Shown here: positions 37,809-50,075 of the stretch, piece by piece | How the letters are laid out: each line of letters opens with the position of its first letter | Numbering within the stretch: position 1 is the first letter of the stretch | Source: Camelus ferus | Lineage: Eukaryota | Reading direction: 5' to 3' | NCBI RefSeq assembly: GCF_009834535.1 | Contig: NC_045707.1 | Coordinates: forward strand, 48,796,001-48,860,000 | Length of the DNA: 64,000 nt | Position numbers and translations under genes: made by a program | The notes under the pieces: generated by a model | What the model saw: only the letters and a program-made list of their open reading frames with translations | Told to the model about the DNA's origin: nothing | Database searches by the model: none

Positions 37809-39840
37809 GATATTGTTATCAGAAATCCATTATTGACATCAGATTGTTGGGAAATGTGGGGAATTCACATTGGCTATCTACATTGCTTAGGTAAAAGGCA
37901 TTCAGAACCCTGAAGTTATTCAGAGATGAGAGTCTGGAAGACAGGGACCCCCCAGAACGGGACATACCATCTGTATAGTTACCAGAAATGACACATTTCC
38001 TGAGGGTAAGGTTTTGAAAAGCCACAAAGCTATCATCATAGGCAAGTGCGAAGAGCATGAAGCAGGACTGAAGGGCAGAGTGGCTGCTTCTCAAGGCCCA
38101 CGGCACAGCTGGACAAGAGACAGTGGCAAGCTCAACTCCCAAAATTCTCAGCTCAAGTTTCGGGCTTGAAATACAGGGGCTTCAAAATTATTTTAAATTA
38201 TTTCTTTCCATTGCAAGATGAAAGATCTAAAATAATTTTTTAAAATGCATTCTAAATTGGAATTAATGCACTATTCATTTTTTCTCTTTATAGAAACTCA
38301 GAACACTGATCTGGAAACAGAGCCCACCACCAAAATTTGGAGTAAGGATTACACAATGAGATACAGATGAGTAGTGGGGCTTATGATCCCTAACCCCACT
38401 GAACCGCCTTTGTTTGCTGAAAGAATCTCACACTCTTTGATTTATAAAGCAATTCCTTCTTGTTTAAAGATTCTGCTACTCCCTCAATTCAAGACATTAA
38501 CTTTAAGGAGAACTTTATCCTTTTTATGCCCCATTTCCCTTAATCTTCAATGATTCCCACTTGTAACAATAGGTGAGCAATAGGTATCAATTAGAATGTG
38601 AAATCTTGGGATAAAAAAAAATAAACTACTCTAAATAAACTACAGGGATTTCCTAACCTATACTGGCTAAATATTAGAAAAGATGGGTGGATTCTGAGGG
38701 TACTCAACCAAGGAGAAAGAATGTTAATATTAGGTCAGGCTGAACTTAGTTATATGAGTGTACTTCCAGAGACTGGAGATTCATTAAATGCATTTAAACA
38801 GCTGGGAGTCTGTTAGTTTGCTGAAACATTGATCACAAAATGGAACTCAATGGAAGCATATGTTAAATGAAGTTGATTTTTTGGTATGGTACAGAGGTAC
38901 AAAATCAAAACTTTCACAAAATGGAATTCTTATATTTTATGATAAAATGGGTTTTTATCTTGTATAATCCATCCATTCATCTTTACCAAGCACTGAGACA
39001 TACATATATTGGAGATGAGAGTACCAATATCTTTAAAAAGACCTTAGTGATGCCCATAAGAGTGCTGGTGGGAAGTCTAGCAATGAAGATTGATTCCATT
39101 AATTTCAGTGAGGAAGGGCAAATCTGGAGTGTAAGAGACCATGTAGTGTCATTTAACTACCAATGAGTAAAATAGATATATTTGTCATTAATAGATATAG
39201 GATCAGTACAAAGTCAGAATGGTCTGATCCAAAAAGAATTTTATTAAGCTTTATTACATTCAGTAGAGAGTTAGCTTTCTGGGAATGAAAGAGATGTGAA
39301 ATCCTCTGTGAAGCTATGAAATTAAAAACCCTTCAAAACTGCTCATCAGAGTCCTGGGCGAGCCAATATGGCATATGACACGGAATTTCTGCCCTTCACT
39401 GGATTTTTACACCTTAGTTAAATCATAGACCTAGAGCTACCAGAATGAAAGAGAGGGTTTCTTGTCTTAAACAAGTACTTTGCAATGATACCACAAGTGT
39501 GTGCTATTTTTTTTTTAACCTAGTCTTCCACTAAAAGAACCAGATGTCATTAGCAAAGTAACTGTGCCCTGCAGAAGAAAACATGGTTTTTAAACAAAAT
39601 TAATTCCTGGGGACACAGGGCACTTCTGCAGGACACTAGTGAGGGTTTTTTGATGTTAAAATGACAAGTGGAGAATTTACCTTTATCTAACCTATGACCT
39701 TCCCATATTTATTGTTCAAGTTCTTGGGTAGCTAGAATAAATTACCTCAGAAAGGATGGATTTTTCACGTCAGCTCTGTACCTCATGAAAGATGGACCAT
39801 TCTGATTGAAAAGACCAAATGGACAGTCACAAAGCTCTTC
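37809..39840 (+). mobile_element. ERVL internal region remnant (gag and pro)
   Basis: Decayed ERVL motifs in order: EWLLLKA..KLNSQNSQLK (~38078-38157), GWILRVLNQG..ILGQAEL (38685-38747), IDLELPE* with gag TGA at 39446-39448, PSLP..KVTV, LIPGD (39600-39614), IEKTKW (~39805-39822). Confidence 0.8.
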
Positions 39841-41939
39841 AGTATTATGAAATATTAAATTAACAGCAATACTGCTTCAGTAAAACGTCAGAAATATTGG
39901 TACTGCCTTTGCTTCAATAAAAGAATTAGAACTATTAGTGTCATCTTTAATGACTTAAAAGTGCAGGGTTAATGATTCTCAGCAGATTCTCATTTGTGTT
40001 TGGTGCTGGTAAGATAGTTTTAGAGGATAAAAATGGATTTTTCCAAAGTTTAATTGGATGGTAACTTCTGTTGCAACTGCTGTTCCGTATGCGGTCCAAG
40101 TCACTACAGCTCTTAGTACCTTGTATAAAGCAACTGATCTGAATAACGTCTTTTTTCTCTATTCCAATAAACAAAATTACTAGAAGCAGTCTGTTTTCTT
40201 TCACCAGACAGGAACAGCAGTATAATTTTGCAATACTGTTTCTGGATTGTGTTAACCCCTTGGCTTTGCACCACATTTTAGTCTGCAGAAATACCCTCTC
40301 ACAAAATATCATGTGGTATGACCTAGAGGGTACACTTTGTTATCTGGGTACATTAATTAGATGCTTAAATGCCAGAGCATTGGAGGCGAATATAATGGAA
40401 GGCCACAGAGGTGACAAGTCACTGAGTTATTATAGAAGTTAAACGGTCTAAGGAGTGTTGGGCTATCCCTCTAAAGTGAGGACAATTTGCTGAGCCATGT
40501 GTCCATCACCACTAGGAACATGAACAGTGCCTGAATTTCAGAGGCCACATACTACTGCACATCAGTCTGGTGCTGAGAAGTGGTTAGATCTGAATTTGTC
40601 TCATGCTGAGAGAAGGCTCTCTGGACAGCTGAGGTCACAGTGATCCTGCTACTTATCATTTATCAGATTAAATAACGTTTAAAAATGTACAGCAAATCAG
40701 GTTGCTAGATGTGTGTGTGGGTAGTGTTAATGAGACAACTAAACCCTAGCTTTCCAAAGCAAGGATAGGCCTATTTTAGCAAAAAGTTACTATCCTTTTA
40801 AGAAACTAGACCCAATGGGAGACTAGACAACAGCCTGATATTATTCCTAATACATTTAGTATTGTCTTACCTATCTAGCCTAAATTGATGCCTAGCAGTT
40901 GATTCAGCAGGCACATGATACAAATGAGAAGAAGGCCAAATAGGTCCTAGTCTTGGGGCACTGCTGTCCCTTCCTTTCAGTCACACTTATGACCTCAGGG
41001 GGCTTTCTCTTGACCATCTGGCTGAGAAGAGTATAAATATAATTAAATTGTAATTGATGTCCTATGATATGCAGGAACCAACTGAGAGCAGAATGCTGCA
41101 ACAGTATGGCTCTGCCTGGGATAGCCTGGAAGGGGAGTCTGACAAGAAACTAAGGAGAACAAGAATACACGTGACTCAGTGAATCTCCTCAATATACAGG
41201 AGGCATTATGAGTCTAGTAGTATTTTCTCACTCTTCTGATAAAATGTCTTGTAAGAGACCCCTTCTAAAGTGCTTTGGAGAAGAGCTTTAAACTAACTGG
41301 CTTTCAAGTTGTTCATTTCCTGTTATCTCAGCATCCTCTGAAGGTCAGTGGTGCTAAGGTGAAACTTGGTAGAAATGGAGAGTGTCTGAGAAGTTGGAGG
41401 AAAATAATTCCAGATCAGAATGGTTCTGATCAGTTGGTAACAGAGCTCACCCAAGAATCACAGAGATATTTTTATTTATATTTTTGGATTAGGTATTGAA
41501 AGTCTTCTTGTAGAGTCTGGGAGCAACTGGCACTAGAGAGAGTCATAAATATCAAAGTTGAATCAAAACATAAATAGCTTGTAAGTGACAGGGTTTGCTC
41601 CTAGATTCAGATAAATTTTGCACAGCATTGCCTCAGGATGCTTCAGACACAAAGGCTAAACTATACATAGAGGGTTATTTGCTATTTATTCACAACAGGA
41701 AAAATTCATGTTAGCAGTATTAATAAAAAATCAAATTTATGAAAAGTACACTAAGAAGAGTAAACATGGACTTTTTTTCAATTTATACTCAACACACATA
41801 TGGAGAAAGAGAGAGAAATATCTTATCTGGTCGTTAGCTGTCAAATGTTGATTCTTATAGACCGTCTAATAAGATTATTAGTGCCTTCCTCAAAGTATCA
41901 AAATTTAAGTATCGAAGTTTAGCAAAAGTATCAAAATTT

Positions 41940-44065
41940 AAAAGCACCATCAGACATGTGAGAAAAGTTTTCAATCTAAAATACTCCTAGAGGCCAAATC
42001 AAGTCAAGAATAAAAAAAAATTATCAAGGGAAATAAACTTATTGCAGGAAGCAGAAGACAACTCACAATACTACCAAAGCCTTGCAGTTTTTAATCTTGT
42101 TTTCAACAAGATAAGAGAAGATAGTAATTACATAAAACAGAAGAATGCTTTAGGAAGGGACCAACCAGAGAACAAGTTTCCAAAGTGAATATATGACATG
42201 GTATGGAAATTTTAAAGGTCAGAAGACAGAATTAAGGAAATCTGTCAGAAAGCATAAAACTTTCTTGAGAATGGAAGTAGAAAAGAAGAGATAAAAATTT
42301 AGACAATCTAACCAGGAGGGGCATCAACTAAGACCCAAGGAAAAAGAAAACAGAAAAAAAAATTGATGGACTATACGGACGTGAGTTTCTAGGTTGAAAG
42401 GATTCCTTGAGTTCCCAGTGAGTGACTGAAATACATCCTCTCAAGACACACTGTAAAAGTTCAGAAATGGAAGATGAAAGGAAAGCCTCAAAAGCTTAAA
42501 GAGAGCAAAAATATTCACAATCTAAGAACTGAAAATTACAACTTTATCAACTTTTTCAATTTCAACTCCAGAAGCAACAAGACAATCCTGTTTTCAAGTA
42601 TCTTCAGCATTTGGAAGGGACATTATTTCAAATCAGAATTCTATCTAGTCAAAATATCAGTTAAACAAGTGGGCTGAATACATGCATTTTTATACATGTG
42701 AGTTCACACACAAAAAGAGAAGTATCTCAGGTGCACAGGAAGTGATCAGAGGCTGCGCCCCATCAATGCTATGGGGTTAATCAAGGAAGAACAGAACATG
42801 AGACCAGGCAAGGGATCTAACCCAGGAGATGGGTGAAGGAAGCCCAGGACCAGGACACTCCCACAGGCCCAGAGAGTAAGGGTTGTATTACTCATAAATG
42901 CACTCGAAAAGCCAGCACATCAGTAAAGACTGTGATTTTTGTGTAATGATCAACACCTTAGGTAGGCTTAATTACTGTCTGAAGAAACCTTATAATGAAG
43001 ATTCGCTTCATGAATTTTTTAAAGGTTTGTTGCAAATAAATGCCTGTTATGTAAGATACAACTGAATGAACTTATTTTTATCAAACGTAACACCTCTGTG
43101 TAGGTTATGGGGGAGACTGTAATAGCCCTCATTATCTGTGAGACAACTGAAATGCGACACAAAGAACCTGAAAATTATTATTTGCCAGATTTGCTTAGAT
43201 TGGTTTACAACACCAAGCAAACCAGACTGAAGTAGAAGGATATGAAATTCCAGGGGAAATATCTCCCAGGAGAAATTAGTGAACTTAATATGTTTGATTT
43301 TATAAACCGTTTACCATGTTGTAAGTGCTTTAAAAATATTAACTCATTTACTACTATCCTTAATTTACAGATGAGGAGACTTACGGCAAAGATAAACAAT
43401 TGTTCAATTTTTCACATGTAGTAAATAACAGAGATTCATTCAAACCCAAGCAGATCTGGCTTTTAACTAGCACACTATGTTGCCTCCATCCACTGGGTGC
43501 AAAACATTTCCAAAATGGTTCTACAATTCTGTTTGAGAAATAATTCTGTTTTGGAAAATGTTAATGAAATAGTTGTATGTGTATAGGAAATAGCATATCT
43601 CTATACACGAACATATATATGGCAAATACATGCAGTACCATGAAGGAATTAAAATAAATTTGTACCATTTTCTTCATCAGTTAAAAATATTTATATTGCA
43701 TAATAACACACAGTAAATATTTATTTAATCAAAGTTTATGATATACATACATTAGGAGCTATTGAAGGAAACCATGGTTGTAAGTGGGGTAAGAGTGTGT
43801 CTGAGCAAATGTGCTAAATCCTTGTCTAATAAGAAAATAATTGATATTTAAAATTGATAAGTTAAACGAAAAGGGTACCAGCAAGAATATTAAAGTAAAT
43901 ATTAAAAGAAATCCATAATAGAGTTGAAAATATGACCTCCTGAGAGTGGAGCTTATACTGAAATGTGGGGTGGGGGACTGCTATATTCATTATTAGTTTA
44001 CAGTAGTTTTGAGTATTTAAATGTGTCATTACTATAGTTTAAATGAATTACCCTGAAAAAAATTA
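41940..44065 (+). mobile_element. HAL1 (half-L1) element, fragmented, with nested MIRs
   Basis: ORF1-like region (aatcagaattctatctagtcaaaatatcagttaaa), then HAL1-typical ggggttaatcaaggaagaacagaacatgagaccagg..ggatctaacccaggaga..gaagg and a 3' end (agagttgaaaa..cctcctgagagtgg..gggactgct). Confidence 0.7.
43285..43490 (-). mobile_element. MIR SINE
   Basis: aagtgctttaaaaatattaactcattta...tttacagatgaggagact...attcaaacccaagcagatctggcttttaact is an antisense MIR core. Confidence 0.75.
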
Positions 44066-47000
44066 ATTATACATGTATATATGTGTGCATCAGCTATATA
44101 TTTTAGTGGATTCCTTTTATACTCTTAAATTATACAACAGAGTTTAGTTAAATAAGCTAACATTGATCTATGAAGAGAAAATTATTTCTCTTAGCAAAAA
44201 TACAATCAATTGATCAAAAACTTCAGTCCTGGGAGCACCTAACAGTCCAACCACTACTGAAATAGATGTATCAGATATATACACTAACAAATTTGAAATC
44301 CTACTAGAGTTTTGTGTCTTTTACACCCTCATACATTGCCTTCTTTTTTAAAATGTCAGTGATCTTTAGGAATACAACACGATAAATTCCCCAGTCTGAG
44401 TTTAGCAAAGCAACCTCCCTTTTAATAAGAAAAAGCAGCAGCAAGATAAGCAAATAGGATACATTAAAAAAGTGCTATCAGAAGGAAAGGAGGTTAAACC
44501 AACAAGACTCTAACTCTGTCTCAAGTTTCTAGGACATCTTTCAGGGAGGCTAAGATGCCAACTATCACCCTCTATGCTGAAAGAAATTTCTGGGCCTCAT
44601 TGTCCTCATATGTGAAAGGAAAGAGTTTGAAGAGGTGATTTTCAACTTCTCCTTGAGCTTTAACTTTTTTACTATGGAATTTTCCTACACTTATCCAACA
44701 CGTTCACCTTCACTCTTTCATTTGATTCTCAAACAACCCTTCAGAGTTGTCAGAGCAGGTGCATTATGGGTAGACTTAGGTTTATGATGGTTAAATGGCC
44801 TGTGTCAGCTCAAACAACTAGGAAGTTGCAAAAGGAAAACTCTAACTCACATTTATTTTTACCATATTTCTAAGGTTCTTCACTATGCTTCTATTTGCAT
44901 AGATATGCTGATCAAAAAAATCATGATGATCAAAATATGTGTGCCTTATGTATTTATCTATTCATTAACTCATTAAGTAAATAGTTTTTGAACACCTACC
45001 ATATTCAAATCCCCATAGGCTTCTAAAATACTAGTCTGTCATTAGAGAGACAATGTGAAAGCCACATCATTAAGCGTTAGCCTTCTTTTCTCCCTATTTG
45101 TAGAGTCAGATAAGATTGGGCAGAGTCTTGCATTAACTCTTATAACAGCTAGAATGACTCAGCTATTCTTATCACTGTCTTAATTTAAATTTATTGAACT
45201 TTCACTTAAGCAGTCCTAATGAAGAGCTTAAGTTCCCATCCTCCAGGAATCAGTAATCAAAGAAGAGTAGACTGACTTGTTACTGGAAAAATCAAGACAT
45301 AAAGATTATAGCAGTGGAAAACATCCTATGTCTTGGTCTGGAAACAATAATACCAAACCTGGCAAACATTGCAGATGGCCATTTTTATTTATATCATGTC
45401 TCTCAGGGTCCGTAAGATGTAATTGTTATCATATGCTCTCAAAATGAGAAGGGAGAGTTGAGAATGATTTCCAGATATCTGGTTTAAGAGACGGAATAAG
45501 ATGATAATGTCACTCAAAAGCATAAAGTGACAAGAGCATTTAAAGGAAAGGGAGATAGTGAATTTCACTTTAGATACATGGCTCTGAGACATACAGAGCC
45601 TCTGAGACATATAGAGATAACAGGAGATTTCTAGAAAGCGGGTGTATGCTCACATTGGAGTGCAGGTTTTCCTCCAGACACGGAATTGGAAAAAGAGACT
45701 CAGGAGTCATCATGATAGAGAGGATTGTTAAAACCTTGGAATCATTGAACAATCTTTTGAGATCTTAGACTCTCAAAGAGCTTCAAATGCTAGAAACCCC
45801 TTAAAAAGTGTTACAGGAAACAGAGAGGTTCAGAACATAGATAGAAGTCAGAAAGAAAGAGAAGGGAAAGCTAGGAGAGAATGCAATCGAGAAACATTTA
45901 ATTAAAGGAGAGGGTCAGCATTGCCAAGTCACAGGGCAAGTAGGCTGAACACCAAAAGACTTCAATAGATTAGTGAATATAAAGATCATTGCTTTTTTTT
46001 TTTTTTTTTTTTTTGCCTGCAATGTTGGGGAAGCAGAGAGATTAACCACCCTATTTCAGTGGGTGAATCAATGGATGGACTGGTGAACAGGAAACGGAGA
46101 CTGGAGGCAGCCAGTGTACGACTCTAATTTTCCAACAATGGACATGTAGCAACATTTGTGTAATAGAATTAAGAAATGTCTGAAACAAGTTTAGCTAAAA
46201 AAGAAAATTAAGAAATAAGAGAGTAGCTGTAGGGAGCTGTGCAGACTTGGAGATCATCTGTTGTTTATATCCTGAGGGTTTATGAAAAGAAGAAAGAGAA
46301 AAGGAAAATGCAGTAGAGAGAGGAGATCATTGTTATAACAAAAGCAAGTAACACTTGATTTCTTCTTAAAATATGATATAAGTGTACCAGGTGAGCTACT
46401 AAGAGATCATGTCTGAATTAGATCTTTGGCTATAAGAGCCCTCAAAATTAAAAGTATTTTCCAGTTGAGATGTAGGGCTAATACCACAGAAAGGCTAACA
46501 TTTCCATAATTGTTTACAACAAACTAGGGCCACCCTTGTGAGACAGTCCAGTGCTATGTTATGGATGACAAAACTGTGTTGAGGAGAAAGGAAGTAGATG
46601 GTTCAGAAAAGGTTTTTTGAGTCAAATTCTCCCCCATTTTCACTGTGTCCTTTGATAATACTTATGTGAGCAGTGTCCAACAAGTCATATCAATACAACT
46701 TCCTTTCTCCAGAATCAGATAGATTTTGAAAAACACAATGATTACAATCAACAGGATAATATCTGAAAATGAGATTTTCAAAAATTTTGGGGTTTCCTTA
46801 AGAGGAATAACTTTTTTTTTCTCAAATACAAGATCTAGAAGACACATTATTCTAAATTGTGTTAAAATTTAAAAAAAGCAGTGCAACAGAATGCCCTGTA
46901 ATGGACTAAATGCAAAACATCTGTTATAATGAGATGAAAAAAAAATCTCATTTGAATAATTATTTGAAATAAAGCTCTCAATACGAAATACAGATACTAA

Positions 47001-47469
47001 AATTATTTCTAGAAAACAAAGCATCATACCATGTTTAGTGCCAAAATCAGGTATAGCTTCCCAGATTTCATTTTTTAATTTTTCAAATACATTTTCTCTT
47101 TTTCCATTAATCAAAAATATATCTAAATAGAATTCCAGCATCTGTTTTATATGAAAAATGAACAAAATATTTCCATATAAACAGAAGATATTGGTCTTTA
47201 TTTCTTTTTACCATTTTTTTAAAAAAAGATCATCTAGAGAAAATGCTTTAAAATCTTTTTGTTGTACTTGAAATCAAAACTGCTTTTAGTTTCTTCCTAT
47301 CAGATCAGGTCTCCAGATCAGCATTACAATATCTTTGGGACTGTGAGCTCAGAGTGAAAACTGCACTGAATTTTTGTTATAGGTTCTTGAGATGAAGTCA
47401 GAATTTCCCGTGCTGAGCTGCCTAGGTACTGAGGTGCTGTGGTTGTTGGAGGGGTTAAAGTTGGAGCCA

Positions 47470-47818
47470 TTGATGCATATATATTAGGGAGGATTCATAA
47501 AAACACGACAGTGGAGCCTGGGTCAGTCCATTACTATGACTGAGCTGTGACCAATAGAAAGGGACGAAGAAGCTCCAAGAAAACTGAGGTAAGCCGTCTC
47601 CTGAAGCTCTGTCAAAGTGGAAACAATAGATCAAAGGTGTTCATGGTGACCGGTCAGAGGAGGTTTTCTTTTTTCTCCTAAGAGTCTTGACAGCATAAAA
47701 TAAAAACAAATTGTTTTAGTCAAAGGGTTTTTTTTTTTTTTCTTTTTTCCTCCTTAACTGATTTTAGCAAACTTCAGACCCAGACACAGGACTCAGCGAT
47801 ACATTCCTGGACAGCAAG
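47470..47818 (+). promoter_or_regulatory. KERA: KERA promoter / non-coding exon 1 (TSS uncertain; exon ends 47818)
   Basis: TATA-like (TA)n at ~47477-47484, CCAAT at 47551, and a second TATA-like cataaaa at ~47694. The end ..cagacacaggactcagcgatacattcctggacagcaag resembles the recalled KERA 5' UTR; donor AAG|GTAAAC at 47818/47819. Confidence 0.65.
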
Positions 47819-48636
47819 GTAAACTATTTTACACTTTTCAAAACTCTTAAAGCTAAGAATTCGAAGTTATGATTCATCAGAGGCAGAATTACAGCTTCAA
47901 TAACTAATGCAAATCCCTATTCTGAAAAAATAATGTTTTAATATGTCTCTGTTGGAAGATGACCAGAGCAGCATTCTGCAATCGCAAGAAATTCGACAGC
48001 TTGCAGATGCAGAAGTAGCCCTGCACTCGTCATTTCCCTTGATTTAGTGGCAAAATGGAAAGATCAGCATTTCATAGATGATGCTGATTTTATCTTTTCC
48101 ACAAAGGAATCAATAAAATTTATTTCTTCCTTATTATCAAGTGTTGAACTAAATGTACATTGGTCAGGATGTTACTGTTACATAGATATATATATATATA
48201 TTTTCCTGTTAGTATAGTTCTTTGTTTCCATAAACTTGTTGATCCTCAGTGGGGAGGATTTATATCTTTTAAATGCATCGTACATGAATAAGTATTAACT
48301 TATGCTCTGCTAGTAGCCACATCGAAAATATGGAAGTCCACCTGAATGCTAAACATGCTCTTTGTTTTGTTTTGTTTCTTATCAACCATAGTAATGCCAC
48401 AGCTGAATACACTACTTTTGTAAGTGTGATACACATCTATATCTACACCTATATCTGTATTTACGTTTATGTCTAGAGAGAGTTTCGTAATCCAGATTTC
48501 TTGGCTACACAACTTGATCCTGTACTTAGAACATTAGACGTCCTTCCCTGCACCCCAGAATAAAACTTACCTGAGAAGTTGAGCAACAGAGCAAGAGATT
48601 AATCACCCCGCTTTTCTTCGAATCTTAAAACCTTCC

Positions 48637-48638
<2 letters not shown>

Positions 48639-48670
<32 letters not shown>
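48639..48670 (+). repeat. (CA)16 microsatellite in KERA intron 1
   Basis: Perfect repeat read directly. Confidence 0.95.
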
Positions 48671-48672
<2 letters not shown>

Positions 48673-49189
48673 GTTAAAATGTTCTTTGATCTGTTTCTTT
48701 GGTTCAAGGGCCAAAGAGCCTGGGAAAATCTCCTCCAGATGTTTTGCTCATTTAGGGGTAAAAGTAAAAGCATATGCCTACTTCTTAGGAACAACACAGA
48801 CGCTAAATCTGAGTTACTGAAAGGTCACTTTTTTGTACTCATGTATTCAACTCTGGGTTTCAACTAACTTCCTTGAATTAAATAGCTTGAAGTGGAAAAG
48901 CACTTAAGAGTTCCCAAAAATTTGCTTTTTATTTCTCAGTTTTCATTGTGATTGGGTTAAAACCAGAAAGTTACAAGTTGGTGCGTCAGTTTCCGTGTTT
49001 GCAAAAATGCTTTGCATAGAGTGCCTATTATGGGGATTAGTTGATAACTGTGTACAAAATGCTAGCATGTCTTTACCTCCCCCACCCCACCAAGAAGCAA
49101 TGTTTGCCGATCATTTTGATGCATGTGATTATTTAAAGATTCAGTTCTTTAAACATCTAACAGTTGTATCCCTCATTCTAGGTACTATA

Positions 49190-50075
49190 ATGGCAACCAC
49201 AATCTGTTTCATCATCTGGGTGTTATTCATAACAGATACTGTATGGACTCGAAGTGTGAGACAGGTTTATGAGGGAAGTGATCCAGAGGACTGGACGGTG
49301 CATGACTTCGATTGTCCCAGGGAATGTTTCTGTCCCCCCAGTTTCCCTACTTCTTTGTACTGTGAAAATCGAGGTCTCAAAGAAATCCCTGCTATACCAT
49401 CAAGGATCTGGTATCTTTATCTTGAAAACAACCTGATAGAAACCATTCCTGAGAAGCCATTCGAGAATGCCACCCAGCTGAGATGGATAAATCTAAACAA
49501 GAACAAAATAACCAACTATGGAATTGAAAAAGGAGCCCTGAGCCAACTAAAGAAGCTGCTTTTCTTATTTCTGGAAGACAATGAGCTAGAGGAGGTACCT
49601 TCTCCATTGCCAAGAAGTTTAGAACAACTGCAATTAGCTAGAAACAAGGTATCCAGAATTCCTCAAGGGACTTTCAGCAATCTAGAGAACCTGACCCTTC
49701 TTGACCTGCAACACAATAAACTATTGGACAATGCCTTTCAAAGAGACACCTTCAAGGGACTCAAGAACCTCATGCAACTAAATATGGCTAAGAACGCCCT
49801 GAGGAATATGCCACCAAGATTACCAGCCAATACAATGCAGCTGTTTTTAGACAACAATTCCATAGAAGGAATACCAGAAAATTATTTTAATGTGATTCCT
49901 AAAGTGGCCTTCCTGAGACTCAACCACAACAAATTATCAGATGCTGGTCTCCCTTCAAGTGGTTTTAATGTATCATCAATTCTAGATCTTCAACTGTCTC
50001 ACAACCAGCTCACAAAAGTCCCCCGAATCAGTGCTCACCTGCAGCACCTTCACCTCGATCATAACAAAATTAAAA
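49190..50075 (+). CDS. KERA: Keratocan, coding part of exon 2 (exon starts 49182; aa 1-295 + 1 nt)
   Basis: Acceptor ttctag| at 49181; ATG 49190 in good context (ataATGG); signal peptide MATTICFIIWVLFITDTVWT; CX3CXCX9C (CPRECFCPPSFPTSLYC); LRRs; phase-1 donor A|GTAAGT at 50075/50076. Confidence 0.98.

Noticed and set aside
48995..49189. 65-codon N-terminal extension of the KERA ORF in the ORF track
   Set aside because: It lies in intron 1, almost entirely upstream of the acceptor at 49181; the signal peptide begins at ATG 49190.
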